From the NCBI GenBank assembly GCA_005222965.1, contig NJBG01000001.1, positions 332,323 to 396,322 on the forward strand: a stretch of 64,000 nucleotides of DNA, written 5' to 3'. The DNA is from Candidatus Woesearchaeota archaeon B3_Woes (GTDB taxonomy: Archaea > Nanobdellota > Nanobdellia > Woesearchaeales > B3-WOES). The notes below the pieces were generated by a model, which saw only the letters and a list, made by a program, of their open reading frames with translations, was not told the DNA's origin and made no database searches. Made by a program: the position numbers and the translations under genes. Positions 10,254-20,254 of this stretch are shown one piece after another. How positions within the stretch are numbered: the first letter of the stretch is position 1; each line of letters begins with the position of its first letter.

Positions 10254-10850
10254 ATGAGGATACTGACTTTTATTGATTCACACGGGAGTGTAACTGCTCT
10301 AAAAAAAATAAAACAAAAAGCAAAACACGCAGATATTATAGTTTGTGGAGGAGATTTCACTATATTTGAGCAGGATATAAAACACATTTTACTAGAATTT
10401 AACAAACTAAAAAAAGATTTCTTAATTATTCATGGAAATCATGAAAGTGAAAATATAGTAAGACATTTATGTAATATACATAAAAATTTATTCTACTTGC
10501 ATAATAAACACTTTATCAAAGATGATGTTTTGTTTATAGGTTGGGGTGGTGGTGGATTTAGCTTTAAGGACAAAGAATTTGAAATAGAAAGTAAAAAATT
10601 CAAGAAATTGATCAAAAAACATAAAGATAAAGCTGTTGTTTTGGTTGTACACGCTCCACCTTATAAAACAAAACTTGATAGAATAGACCATGGTCACTAT
10701 GGTAATAAATCTTTCAGAGATTTTATCAAAGAAAATAAAATTGATTTGGTTTTATGCGGTCATTTCCACGAAAACAACAATAAAAAAGATAAAATAAAGG
10801 TTTCAACTATTATTAATCCTGGCCCTTATGGAAGATTAATCAATCTTTAG
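10254..10850 (+). CDS. Calcineurin-like metallophosphoesterase (Icc family)
   Basis: DSHG, GGD, GNHE, HAPP and GHFHE motifs. Confidence 0.9.
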   Translation: MRILTFIDSHGSVTALKKIKQKAKHADIIVCGGDFTIFEQDIKHILLEFNKLKKDFLIIHGNHESENIVRHLCNIHKNLFYLHNKHFIKDDVLFIGWGGGGFSFKDKEFEIESKKFKKLIKKHKDKAVVLVVHAPPYKTKLDRIDHGHYGNKSFRDFIKENKIDLVLCGHFHENNNKKDKIKVSTIINPGPYGRLINL

Positions 10851-11757
10851 AAAGCAAAACAACTCTTGATTCTTTTTTTTCATCAATAATTTTATAACCA
10901 GTTAATTTAGCTAATTTTTGTGCAAATTTCTTAACTTCATTATGATAAGGCATATTTTGAATTTCTAATCTTTCCCGACTATAACCCACCCACATATAAG
11001 ATTTGCATTCAATTTTCTTTGGTTTATATTTCTTAATCAATAAAGCATATTCCTCAACCTTATCCATATTAATGTCTTTTGTTAATGTCAATCTAAATAT
11101 GTTCCTCTTAAATTTGCTAACTAATTCTAAACTTTGAAGTATTTTTTTCCAACCATCCTTTATCAAAGGATTACAAACCCTAACATAAGTTTCTTCATCT
11201 GGTGCAGGCAAGGTAATATAAACTTGTGTTGGTTGTGCTTTTTTCTCTATTAATTTCTTTAACATACTAGGATTAGTACCGTTTGTAACTAAAAAAGAAT
11301 TTATCTTTCTTTTTTTAAGCTCTAAAATAAGCTCAGGAAGTTTTGGGTACATTGTTGGTTCACCTGAAAGAGAAATAGCAAACTGTTGGGGTTTGTTGGT
11401 TTCTTTTAATTTCTTTTTATCTACTTTTTTATATCCGTGATAACCCTCTAAACTAGCAATAAATTCTTTAATACATCCATCTACTATAAATTTAGGATCG
11501 TCAACTTTCCCGCTCCATCTTGGGTTTGTAAAATCAATATCACGCCAGCACCAAACACACCTATGAGTGCATGTATTCAGAGCAGGCGTCATCTGTACAC
11601 ACAAATGGCATTTTGTATCATAAAATTTTTCTTTATAACAAACATCTTCTCCTCTTAATGATTTTCTAGTCCAACCACAAACTTTAACAGCAGAATGATT
11701 ACCAACTAACCTATATCCTTGTTTTTTCAAATCCTTCTTCTTTATATCAGATGACAT
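10840..11757 (-). CDS. taw1: 4-demethylwyosine synthase (radical SAM, Tyw1/Taw1)
   Basis: HSAVKVCGW, CYKEKFY, CTHRCVWCWR (CxxxCxxC), ISLSGEPT. Confidence 0.93.
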   Translation of the reverse strand: MSSDIKKKDLKKQGYRLVGNHSAVKVCGWTRKSLRGEDVCYKEKFYDTKCHLCVQMTPALNTCTHRCVWCWRDIDFTNPRWSGKVDDPKFIVDGCIKEFIASLEGYHGYKKVDKKKLKETNKPQQFAISLSGEPTMYPKLPELILELKKRKINSFLVTNGTNPSMLKKLIEKKAQPTQVYITLPAPDEETYVRVCNPLIKDGWKKILQSLELVSKFKRNIFRLTLTKDINMDKVEEYALLIKKYKPKKIECKSYMWVGYSRERLEIQNMPYHNEVKKFAQKLAKLTGYKIIDEKKESRVVLLSKD

Positions 11758-11806
11758 TTTAGGTAAAACACAAACTTATTAAACCTTAAATATCTTTTTA
11801 TTATTT

Positions 11807-12298
11807 ATGGAAGTGAAAGAAGTTATTAAAAAATTAGAAGAAAGTTCTAAGTTTAAAAAAGATAAAAAAAGTTATCTTGCTCATTTATTTAAAATGGTTG
11901 ATGACTTAAACAAAGGTGATTGGCAGATTGGTTATTATAATGATGATAATACAATAACTACTTATGTTATTGAAGATGATAAAATCAATGTAATACCTTC
12001 ACAAGAAGTTTTTCAAAAAACACAGAAGAAAGTAAAAAAACTGAATATGAACAAGGTTAAGATGGATATTGATAAAGCATTAGATATCTCTAAAGAATTT
12101 CAACAAAAGAAATTTTCTACAGATCCTCCATTAAAAATAATGGTGATATTACAAAATATAGCTAATAACACTATCTACAATGTGACCTATATAACAAGAT
12201 CTTTTAAAACTCTTAACATAAAAATAGACGCTGTTAATGGCAAAATTATAAACCATGAACTAACAAACATGTTACAATTCCAGGGAAAAGCATCTTAG
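11807..12298 (+). CDS. Conserved hypothetical protein with a PepSY-like C-terminus
   Basis: 163-aa ORF; 'IKIDAVNGKII' resembles the PepSY end motif. Confidence 0.6.
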   Translation: MEVKEVIKKLEESSKFKKDKKSYLAHLFKMVDDLNKGDWQIGYYNDDNTITTYVIEDDKINVIPSQEVFQKTQKKVKKLNMNKVKMDIDKALDISKEFQQKKFSTDPPLKIMVILQNIANNTIYNVTYITRSFKTLNIKIDAVNGKIINHELTNMLQFQGKAS

Positions 12299-12446
12299 TT
12301 CTCATTTTGCCATTGCAACAAACATGGCTTATTCTAAATATATATCTTAAAGTTGTTTTTTGAAAACTATATTTTCCAGTTTAGTTTTATTTATATACTA
12401 GTTCTTTCTATATAAAATTGGGTTCTGGGAAAAGAGGTGAAGAGAT

Positions 12447-12557
12447 TTGAAGAAAGATGACGTTAAACCAATCAGTTATAATACAATAAGAAAAAACAAG
12501 ACACTTGGCTCTTTTTTTGGAACACATGAAGAAGACGAAGAAGAATCAAAACAATAA
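12447..12557 (+). CDS. Uncalled 36-aa peptide MKKDDVKPISYNTIRKNKTLGSFFGTHEEDEEESKQ
   Basis: GAGGTGA SD 6 nt before TTG; ends 14 nt before dut; PIP-box-like NKTLGSFF. Confidence 0.55.
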   Translation: MKKDDVKPISYNTIRKNKTLGSFFGTHEEDEEESKQ

Positions 12558-12571
12558 ATTAGTTCTTTAAA

Positions 12572-12994
12572 ATGGAAGTAAAAATTCAAAAAATAGAAGA
12601 TGTAAATTTACCCCATTATGCTAATGAACATGATGCTGGATTAGATATCTATTCTGCTGAAGATTTAATACTAAAAAAAGGCGAAAAAAGGGTTGTTAAA
12701 AGTGGTGTTAAAATGGCCATTCCAGAAGGTTTTGTTGGATTGATATGGGATAAAAGCGGATTAGCAGCCAAAAAAGGTATTCATGTTATGGCGGGTGTAA
12801 TCGATTCAGGATATAGAGGAGAAATAGGTGTTGTATTAAAAAATTTAGGGGAAGAAGATTTCCATGTTGAAAAAAATATGAAGATTGCCCAAATGCTTAT
12901 ACAACCGATTATAACTGCTAAGATTATTGAATCCGATTCCTTGGAAGATTCTGAGCGAGGAGAAGGTGGATTTGGTAGTTCTGGTTTAAAGTAA
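12572..12994 (+). CDS. dut: Trimeric dUTPase
   Basis: DAGLD, KSGLA, GVIDSGYRGE, IAQM, RGEGGFGSSG. Confidence 0.96.
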   Translation: MEVKIQKIEDVNLPHYANEHDAGLDIYSAEDLILKKGEKRVVKSGVKMAIPEGFVGLIWDKSGLAAKKGIHVMAGVIDSGYRGEIGVVLKNLGEEDFHVEKNMKIAQMLIQPIITAKIIESDSLEDSERGEGGFGSSGLK

Positions 12995-13660
12995 ATCTTT
13001 TGCTTTATCCCAAAGAAGTTTTTGAATTTCTTCAATTGTTTTTAATTTATTATCTGGAGCACATTCTATAACTATCCAATTATATTTTTCTATTAAAGTT
13101 CTATATGTTTTTGTTGCATCTTTTAGATGTTCTAGATCTTCTTCATGCAAATCTCTTTTACTGCCATTAACATAATCTCTATGGCCTTTTTTATCTACTA
13201 ATTTTTGACCTATTTCAGGAGGCACATATAAAATAATATTTGCTGTTGGTTTTGGAATTTTAAAAATATTAAACTCTAAATCTTCAAGCCATTCTAAAAA
13301 TGTATCTCTTTCTTCTTTATCTTCTATTTTTCCTCCTTGGTGAGCCATACTTGATGCAACATATCTATTTGCAATTACTATCTTGCCTTGTTTAAGCCAT
13401 TCCTTTATTTTCATAGAAGCAACATACCTATCACATGCATAAAAAATAGAAGGCACATAAGGTCCTGTCTCTTTTGCTGAACCAAACTTACCATTTAAAT
13501 ATTCTTCAATTAAAAAAGCACTTTTTTCTCCGTATCTTGGGAAGTCAATGATCTCTACATCATAATTTTCTTTTTTAAGTTTTTCAACAAGAAGTTTTGT
13601 CTGAGTGGCTTTGCCACTTCCATCTGTTCCATCAACAACAATTAGCTTGCCTGAACTCAT
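12986..13660 (-). CDS. tmk: Thymidylate kinase
   Basis: IVVDGTDGSGKATQ P-loop; FPRY; ANRYVASSMAHQG. Confidence 0.9.
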   Translation of the reverse strand: MSSGKLIVVDGTDGSGKATQTKLLVEKLKKENYDVEIIDFPRYGEKSAFLIEEYLNGKFGSAKETGPYVPSIFYACDRYVASMKIKEWLKQGKIVIANRYVASSMAHQGGKIEDKEERDTFLEWLEDLEFNIFKIPKPTANIILYVPPEIGQKLVDKKGHRDYVNGSKRDLHEEDLEHLKDATKTYRTLIEKYNWIVIECAPDNKLKTIEEIQKLLWDKAKDLL

Positions 13661-13778
13661 TTTATAATATCTTAAGAAAATCAATAGTTTATATACCTTT
13701 TGATATGATAAAATTATTTAAGGTTTACTAAAAAATGATTACAATAACTTTTTATATAAGTTAATATTTTATTAAAAA

Positions 13779-14441
13779 ATGGATAAAGAGTTACTTGAAA
13801 AAAAGACAAACTTGCTTCTTGGAATTTTTATAGCAGCACTAATAGCAGCAAATCTTTTAGGAAGCAAAGTTACAACAATTTTTGGTATTGTAACTTCTGT
13901 TGGAATTTTTGCCTATCCAATTACATTCTTAATAACTGATATTATCGAAGAGGTGAGAGGTAAAAAAGTTACTAAATCGTTTATCCATGCAGGATTATTT
14001 GCATTAATTTTAACATTAATACTTGTAGCAATTGGTATTGTTATGCCTCCTGCTTCATTTTATCAAAGTAATGAAGCTTATAAAACTATATTCCAAAATT
14101 CAATGAGAGTTATAATAGCAAGCATAACTGCCTTCCTAATCAGCCAATATCATGATATATGGGCCTTTAATTTTTTGAAAAAGAAGACAAAAAAGAAACA
14201 CTTATGGTTAAGAAATAATTTATCTACAAGTGTATCTCAGTTAATAGACACAACAATTTTTATCTTTATAGCGTTCTATGCTACAACACCACAATACACA
14301 GTAATAAGGATGATTCAAATGATAATTCCTTATTGGACACTAAAGGTCTTATTTGCTGTTGTTGATACTCCTCTTGTTTACCTTGGAGTTAAATGGATCA
14401 GGTCTGATAAAAGAAAAAGCCTCACCAACAGTAAAAATTGA
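13779..14441 (+). CDS. VUT/YhhQ-family (queuosine-precursor) transporter
   Basis: YPITFLITDIIEE, ASITAFLISQYHD, LWLRNNLSTSVSQLIDT motifs. Confidence 0.9.
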   Translation: MDKELLEKKTNLLLGIFIAALIAANLLGSKVTTIFGIVTSVGIFAYPITFLITDIIEEVRGKKVTKSFIHAGLFALILTLILVAIGIVMPPASFYQSNEAYKTIFQNSMRVIIASITAFLISQYHDIWAFNFLKKKTKKKHLWLRNNLSTSVSQLIDTTIFIFIAFYATTPQYTVIRMIQMIIPYWTLKVLFAVVDTPLVYLGVKWIRSDKRKSLTNSKN

Positions 14442-15566
14442 TCCAGTCAAAACAATAAGATCTTCTTTACTTGCTTTTATTTTGGCATATTCTAAAGCAT
14501 CTCTAATATCATCAATTATGTCTACCTCTTTTCCTATAAAATCAGCAATTTCTCCAGGATCAGCAGCTCTTGTTACATGTGGTTTTGTTATTATTATTTC
14601 TTTTGCAATAGGTTCTAAATTTTTACAAATACCTTTAATATCTTTATCTTTCATTATTCCTACAATAAAATAAATATTTTTGTAATTTAATTTCTTTATC
14701 TCTCTAGCAAGAGTTTTTGCCCCACAAGGATTATGTGCACAATCAAAAAGAATATTTCCATTTACAAATTCAAATCTCCCTGGCCATTTAGCATTCATCA
14801 ACCCATCAACAACAGATTTGTTACTTATTTTATATCCTTTCTCTCTCAAAACATCAACAACACCTAATGCAAGTGAAGCATTTTGATGCTGAAAATTTCC
14901 TTTAAGTGAAATTTTAAGTTTTTTGGGTTTTACAAGATGAAGTTTACACTTTTCTAATTTGCACGTTTTTTTTAATACATTTAACCCTTTACAATCGCTC
15001 AAAGTAACTAAAGGAATGTTTTGTTTTACTATGCCTGATTTCTCAAATGCGATCTTTTCTAATGTATCTCCCAAATGTTCTGTGTGTTCTAGTCCTATAT
15101 TTGTTATAACGGAAACTTCAGGAGTTATAACATTTGTTGCATCAAGACGCCCCCCTAAACCAACCTCTACAAGAACAATATCGACCTTTTTCTTTTTAAA
15201 ATAAAGAAAAGCCAAAGCAGTAACAACTTCAAAAAAAGTGTGATCTTTAACAAAGGGTTTTATTTTTGACAATAAAGATGATATCTCTTTTCTCTCTATT
15301 TTTTTCCCATTTATTTTTATTCTCTCTCTAAAACTAACAAGATGGGGGCTTGTGTAAACACCAACTTTATATCCTTCTTTTTCAAGAATTGATGAAAGAA
15401 AAGAACAAACAGAGCCTTTCCCATTTGTTCCTGCTACATGTATTGACTTAAAATCATTTTGAGGGTTTCCAAGATGGTCCATTAGATCTCTTATATTTTT
15501 TAAACCCAACTTCATACCAAAAAACTTTCTATTAAAAAGATATTTTAAGGATTTTTCATAATTCAT
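14349..15566 (-). CDS. folC: Folylpolyglutamate/dihydrofolate synthase
   Basis: HVAGTNGKGS, YTSPHL, EVGLGGRLDATN, WPGRFE, DCAHN. Confidence 0.95.
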   Translation of the reverse strand: MNYEKSLKYLFNRKFFGMKLGLKNIRDLMDHLGNPQNDFKSIHVAGTNGKGSVCSFLSSILEKEGYKVGVYTSPHLVSFRERIKINGKKIERKEISSLLSKIKPFVKDHTFFEVVTALAFLYFKKKKVDIVLVEVGLGGRLDATNVITPEVSVITNIGLEHTEHLGDTLEKIAFEKSGIVKQNIPLVTLSDCKGLNVLKKTCKLEKCKLHLVKPKKLKISLKGNFQHQNASLALGVVDVLREKGYKISNKSVVDGLMNAKWPGRFEFVNGNILFDCAHNPCGAKTLAREIKKLNYKNIYFIVGIMKDKDIKGICKNLEPIAKEIIITKPHVTRAADPGEIADFIGKEVDIIDDIRDALEYAKIKASKEDLIVLTGSIFTVGEAFSFIRPDPFNSKVNKRSINNSK

Positions 15567-15567
15567 A

Positions 15568-16869
15568 TTAATAGAACTTGAAATTATTACAAAGTTCAAG
15601 AACTTTCTGTTTTGTTCTAACTCTTAATTCACTATCTGAAAGATTATTGATAATATCTGCCATATATTTACCAACTTCTTCCATCTCTCCTTCTTTCATC
15701 CCCCTTGTAGTCAAGATAGGAGTTCCAAGTCTAATTCCAGATGGTTTAAAAGGAGTAGAAGGATCAAAAGGAATTGTATTTGCATTTGTTATAATTCCTG
15801 CTTCTTCCAAAGCAATTGCTGCTTCTTTTCCCAAACCAGGTTTGCCAACAGATTTTGTTTTAATTAAATCTATTAAAATTAAATGATTATCTGTTCCGTT
15901 TGAAACAATCTTAATTCCTTCTGACATCAATTTTTCAGCCAAAGCCTTAGCATTTTTTACAATTTGTTTAGAATACTCTTTAAATTCTGGTTTCATTGCC
16001 TCTCCAAAAGCAACAGCCTTTGCTGCAATAGTATGTTCATGAGGTCCTCCTTGTAATCCTGGAAATACTGCTTTATCTATTTTCAAAGCCATATTTTTTG
16101 CCCTTATAGCTTCTTTTTCATCCATTCCTTCTGTATTTACTAACTCATCTTCTTTTTTACATAAGATTAAAGCGCTTCTTGGACCTCTCAGAGTTTTATG
16201 TGTTGTTGTTGTAATAATATCTGTAAAAGGTAAGGGAGAAGGGTGTACTCCACCAGCAATCAATCCAGCAATATGAGCTATATCAGCCATACTATAAGCA
16301 TTAATAGATCTTGCTATATCATGAAATTCCTTAAAATCAATTATTCTTGGATAGGCAGTATACCCACTTATTATTAATTTCGGTTTTTCTGCTTCTGCTA
16401 TTTTCCTAATTTTATCCATATCAAGCATTTCTGTCTCTTTATCAACACCATATTCTACAAAATTGTAATATTTCCCAGAAAAATTTACTTTAGAGCCATG
16501 AGTTAGATGGCCACCATGACTTAAATTCATTCCAAGGATCTTATCGTTTAATTGTAATAAAGCAAAGTAAACAGCCATATTTGCAGGGCTTCCTGAATTT
16601 GGCTGAACATTTGCATGTTCTGCATTAAATAATTTTTTTGCTCTTTCGATTGCTAAAGTTTCATTATCGTCTATAAATCTATTGCCTTGATAATATCTTT
16701 TTTTAGGATATCCTTCTGCATACTTATTCATCATAATAGAACCAGATGCTTCTAATACTGCCTTACTACAATAATTTTCAGAAGGAATCATATTTAACTC
16801 ATTTTTCTGTCTCTCAAGTTCGTTTTGAATTATTTGGTATACTTCATTATCTTCTTTTTCTAATTCCAT
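15568..16869 (-). CDS. glyA: Serine hydroxymethyltransferase, bacterial type
   Basis: SENY, KYAEGYP, HGGHLTHG, TTTTHKTLRGPR, FPGLQGGP. Confidence 0.97.
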   Translation of the reverse strand: MELEKEDNEVYQIIQNELERQKNELNMIPSENYCSKAVLEASGSIMMNKYAEGYPKKRYYQGNRFIDDNETLAIERAKKLFNAEHANVQPNSGSPANMAVYFALLQLNDKILGMNLSHGGHLTHGSKVNFSGKYYNFVEYGVDKETEMLDMDKIRKIAEAEKPKLIISGYTAYPRIIDFKEFHDIARSINAYSMADIAHIAGLIAGGVHPSPLPFTDIITTTTHKTLRGPRSALILCKKEDELVNTEGMDEKEAIRAKNMALKIDKAVFPGLQGGPHEHTIAAKAVAFGEAMKPEFKEYSKQIVKNAKALAEKLMSEGIKIVSNGTDNHLILIDLIKTKSVGKPGLGKEAAIALEEAGIITNANTIPFDPSTPFKPSGIRLGTPILTTRGMKEGEMEEVGKYMADIINNLSDSELRVRTKQKVLELCNNFKFY

Positions 16870-16870
16870 T

Positions 16871-17386
16871 TTATTTTTTCCTCTTATATGTTAAAAAAGA
16901 AAATCTTACTTCTTCATTATTGTTGGTATCTTTTCCCTCGTGATTTTCTTTTTTTACCAATTTCCATTCATCAAAATTTACTTCTGGGAAAAAAACATCT
17001 CCATCATAATCTTTATGAACTCTTGTTAGCTCAAATGTATCAGCTATTTCTAAACCAAGTCTATAAATTGTAGCTCCTCCTGTTATGAATGCTTTTTCAT
17101 AACCTTTTTTCTTGCAGTATTCTATTGCTTCATTAAAATCATGCATTACTGTAACTCCTTCTGGTTTGTATTCTTTATCAAAAGTTAAAACAATATTTTC
17201 TCGACCAGGCAATGGCTTTGCATTATCTGGTAAAGATTCATAAGTTTTATCTCCCATTATACAGGGAAATCCCATTGTCAAATCCTTAAAATGTTGAAAA
17301 TCTTCTTTAATACGCCAAGGAATATCATTATTTTTTCCAATTGTATTATTTTGCGCTACAGCCACGATTATAATAATTTCAGTCAT
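16871..17386 (-). CDS. folA: Dihydrofolate reductase
   Basis: IGKNNDIPW, EDFQHFK, IMGDKTYES, PLPGR, GGA. Confidence 0.95.
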   Translation of the reverse strand: MTEIIIIVAVAQNNTIGKNNDIPWRIKEDFQHFKDLTMGFPCIMGDKTYESLPDNAKPLPGRENIVLTFDKEYKPEGVTVMHDFNEAIEYCKKKGYEKAFITGGATIYRLGLEIADTFELTRVHKDYDGDVFFPEVNFDEWKLVKKENHEGKDTNNNEEVRFSFLTYKRKK

Positions 17387-18249
17387 ACAGCAACCTCAAA
17401 TTGTATTTTTGGATGATGTTCATAGTTCTCAACTTTAGAATCTTCATACTTCCAATCAAAAATTGTTTTAAAAGGTTCTGTTTTCAATGTCGGAAGTTTA
17501 AATGGTTCTCTTTGCAATTGTTCTTTTAACCCATCCACATGATTAACAAAAAGATGGACATCAGATAAAAAACCAACTAATTTTCCTTCTTTTAAACCAA
17601 CTTCTTTTGCAAGTAGATGCAACAATAATGCATAACTAGCAATATTAAAAGGTAATCCTAAAGCAACATCAATTGAGCGTTGATTCCATAATAAATTTAA
17701 TTTACCGTCAATAACAGTAATTTGAAAACAATAGTGGCAAGGTGGCAAAGCCATTCTATGTAAATCTGTTGGATTCCATGCCATCACAATCATTCTTCTA
17801 TCATGAGGATTAGTTTTAAGGGTTTCAACTACATTCTTTAATTGGTCAATCCCCTTTCCTATTAGTTTTTTATCATAAGAATCATAATTTGCTCCAAAAT
17901 TTCTCCATTGCCATCCATAAATTGGCCCTAATTCACGTTCTTCCATCATCTTCTTTTTAGTTTCTTCATCATGAGCATAAGGCACTTTATCAGGACTGCA
18001 CCATTCATCCCAGATGTGATTATTTATATCTCTTAACCAGTTTTTATCAGTTATACCTTTAATAAAAAACTCTAATTCAGAAGCAACTAATCTTAAAGGA
18101 ACGCTTTTAGTCGTAACAAGAGGAAATCCTTCAGACATATCATGTTCAAACATAGCACCAGCAATTGTATATGCATCAGGTCCTTGTCTTGTTTTTTTAA
18201 TTATGCCTTGTTCTAAGATTTTTTTAACAACATCGAGATAAGCTTTCAT
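17383..18249 (-). CDS. thyA: Thymidylate synthase ThyA
   Basis: FPLVTTK, LGPIYG.QWR, MALPPCH, QRS.D..LGLPFNIASY. Confidence 0.97.
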   Translation of the reverse strand: MKAYLDVVKKILEQGIIKKTRQGPDAYTIAGAMFEHDMSEGFPLVTTKSVPLRLVASELEFFIKGITDKNWLRDINNHIWDEWCSPDKVPYAHDEETKKKMMEERELGPIYGWQWRNFGANYDSYDKKLIGKGIDQLKNVVETLKTNPHDRRMIVMAWNPTDLHRMALPPCHYCFQITVIDGKLNLLWNQRSIDVALGLPFNIASYALLLHLLAKEVGLKEGKLVGFLSDVHLFVNHVDGLKEQLQREPFKLPTLKTEPFKTIFDWKYEDSKVENYEHHPKIQFEVAV

Positions 18250-18347
18250 AAGGTTCCCCCAAATTAAAGTATAAATTTTCTGTTTAAAAAGATTATTATA
18301 CTACAGACACCAATAAGTTTAAATAATTCTTTTAATACATATTATAT

Positions 18348-18503
18348 ATGTTAATATGGGAAATTATTGGATTTGCATTGGTCGTAGGTATAATCATGTG
18401 GTATTGGCACACCCCAAAATCATTTAAGGTTCATCCAGAAAAGAAATATCCAGATAATTACAGTAAACACCAAGATCCACCAATATACAAGAAATATAGA
18501 TAA
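18348..18503 (+). CDS. Uncalled 51-aa single-TM protein MLIWEIIGFALVVGIIMWYWHTPK...
   Basis: ATG about 25 nt after TTTAAATA (leaderless); hydrophobic N-terminus; fills the intergenic gap. Confidence 0.6.
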   Translation: MLIWEIIGFALVVGIIMWYWHTPKSFKVHPEKKYPDNYSKHQDPPIYKKYR

Positions 18504-18504
18504 A

Positions 18505-18735
18505 TCAGATAATTTCTATTGTTTTGTCTTTGCTTTTTAATCCTCTAACAATTCTTACTTGTTTCTTTAACAGTTTAGACAAAAATTTAATTATTTCTTT
18601 ATTAGCTTGCCCTTTTTCAGGTACTGATTTTATATTCAACAAATAAGCTTGTTTTTCTTTATCAAACCCAATTAGCTTATTAGAATTTGATTTTGTTTTG
18701 ACAATAACTCTAAATTTAGATTCTTTTATTTGCAT
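18505..18735 (-). CDS. DUF167/YggU-family protein
   Basis: 'PEKGQANKEIIKFLSK...IVRGLKSKDK' signature. Confidence 0.85.
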   Translation of the reverse strand: MQIKESKFRVIVKTKSNSNKLIGFDKEKQAYLLNIKSVPEKGQANKEIIKFLSKLLKKQVRIVRGLKSKDKTIEII

Positions 18736-19052
18736 TAGTTATAATCTCTCCAGATGTGTTTACACTCTTCACATTTTAAGAATTTAGTAGGAGCTTCATC
18801 AGCAGCTCTTGTTTGTACTTCCCAGAAATAAGCTTTTTTATGTGCACATTTAGGACATTCTGCATCTGTTAAAGGTAAAGTCTCAAAATCTTCATCAACT
18901 GCTCCTTTTTTTACATCATCATCCTTTTTCACTTCTTCTTTGATTGTTGTACTAATCTTATCATCTGATTTATATCCACAATTACATTTAATTACTACCT
19001 TAGAACCATTTTTTTTAGGAATTAATATTGAACCACATTTAGGACAAAACAT
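18735..19052 (-). CDS. tfs: Transcription factor S (TFS/RpoM)
   Basis: MFCPKCG; C-terminal CPKC...QTRAADE...C..C with the acidic DE dyad. Confidence 0.95.
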   Translation of the reverse strand: MFCPKCGSILIPKKNGSKVVIKCNCGYKSDDKISTTIKEEVKKDDDVKKGAVDEDFETLPLTDAECPKCAHKKAYFWEVQTRAADEAPTKFLKCEECKHIWRDYN

Positions 19053-19054
19053 AA

Positions 19055-19741
19055 TTAAACACCTATAAAAATATTTATTAGATTTACAAAACCAATTTTT
19101 ATCCAGCCTACAAAAGGAACCCTTAATACTGCATTACCTATTAGTTGTTCTTCATCAACAGGTACATCCTCTCTAACATTATGATCTCCCTTTGTTATAA
19201 ATGTATATTCTTCTTCTGAATTTTCTATTCTAATTACTCTATGAATTATAGGGTATGGTGCTGTTTTTGACATATAAACTATAGTGTTTCCTACTTCTAT
19301 TTTTTCTGGTTTTTTACCTCTCAAAACCATTATATCTCCTTTATTAAAACCGTTTTTGAACTTAAAATCATCAAAAGATTCTTTTGTTATCTCAGTATTT
19401 TCTATATACCACTCTCCACAAGACTCCCAGAAAAAATCTAGGTTTGATTTTTGTCTTGTTTCAAAATTTTTTCCACATATTGTATAAGTTTTTTTATTAA
19501 ATTTTTCACAATCATTAATTCTGCTATTAAAATCTACACAAGGATGGGTAGCTTTATGTTCCATTGAACCAGAAACAACAGCCACTATTGGGTAAGAGGT
19601 CTGCATAGCAAATCCCATTCCAGGATAAATTACAAATTTTATTAATACAAATGCAAGAATAATATTTACAATCCAACTAGCAACACTATCACTCTCCCAT
19701 ATAAAATACCATGTCTTTTTCCAAACCTTCTTCCAATTCAT
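19055..19741 (-). CDS. Signal peptidase I (Sec11/S26B)
   Basis: VVSGSME, GD, IIHRV, TKGDHN. Confidence 0.92.
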   Translation of the reverse strand: MNWKKVWKKTWYFIWESDSVASWIVNIILAFVLIKFVIYPGMGFAMQTSYPIVAVVSGSMEHKATHPCVDFNSRINDCEKFNKKTYTICGKNFETRQKSNLDFFWESCGEWYIENTEITKESFDDFKFKNGFNKGDIMVLRGKKPEKIEVGNTIVYMSKTAPYPIIHRVIRIENSEEEYTFITKGDHNVREDVPVDEEQLIGNAVLRVPFVGWIKIGFVNLINIFIGV

Positions 19742-19834
19742 TTGTAAGATGATATTTTTGTTTGCTTAAAAAGCTTTTGATTTGTTTATTAAATCTCCAC
19801 TAAATTTATAAATAGAGGAATGTTTTAATCACAA

Positions 19835-20233
19835 ATGGATTGGCAAGCCTTTCATCAAGAAATTAAAGAACTCTCGGATAGAATAGATTATCATCCGGAC
19901 ACAATTATTGGGATTACTAGAGGAGGAATTGTTCCAGCAAGAATTCTTTCATCATCTTTAGAAATTAAGAGTATGTATTGTTTAACGGTTCGTAAAGAAA
20001 GGGGAGAAAGAAGAGTAGTTACAGAAGTCTTAGACAACTTAGTTGGTAAAAATATTTTACTTGTAGAAGATATGTTGGAGACTGGAAGAAGTCTAATAAT
20101 TGCAAAAGAATATTTAGAATCTAAAGGAGCAATAGTTAAAACTGCGTGTTTGTATGTTATGTCTTGCTCTGAAATAGAGCCGAATTATTATCTTAGACAA
20201 GTTCAAAATACTAAAAAATTTCCATGGGAATAA
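19835..20233 (+). CDS. Type I phosphoribosyltransferase (HPRT-like)
   Basis: ITRGG, LLVEDMLETG, C-terminal FPWE. Confidence 0.88.
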   Translation: MDWQAFHQEIKELSDRIDYHPDTIIGITRGGIVPARILSSSLEIKSMYCLTVRKERGERRVVTEVLDNLVGKNILLVEDMLETGRSLIIAKEYLESKGAIVKTACLYVMSCSEIEPNYYLRQVQNTKKFPWE

Positions 20234-20254
20234 AATTTTAATATATTTATTAAC

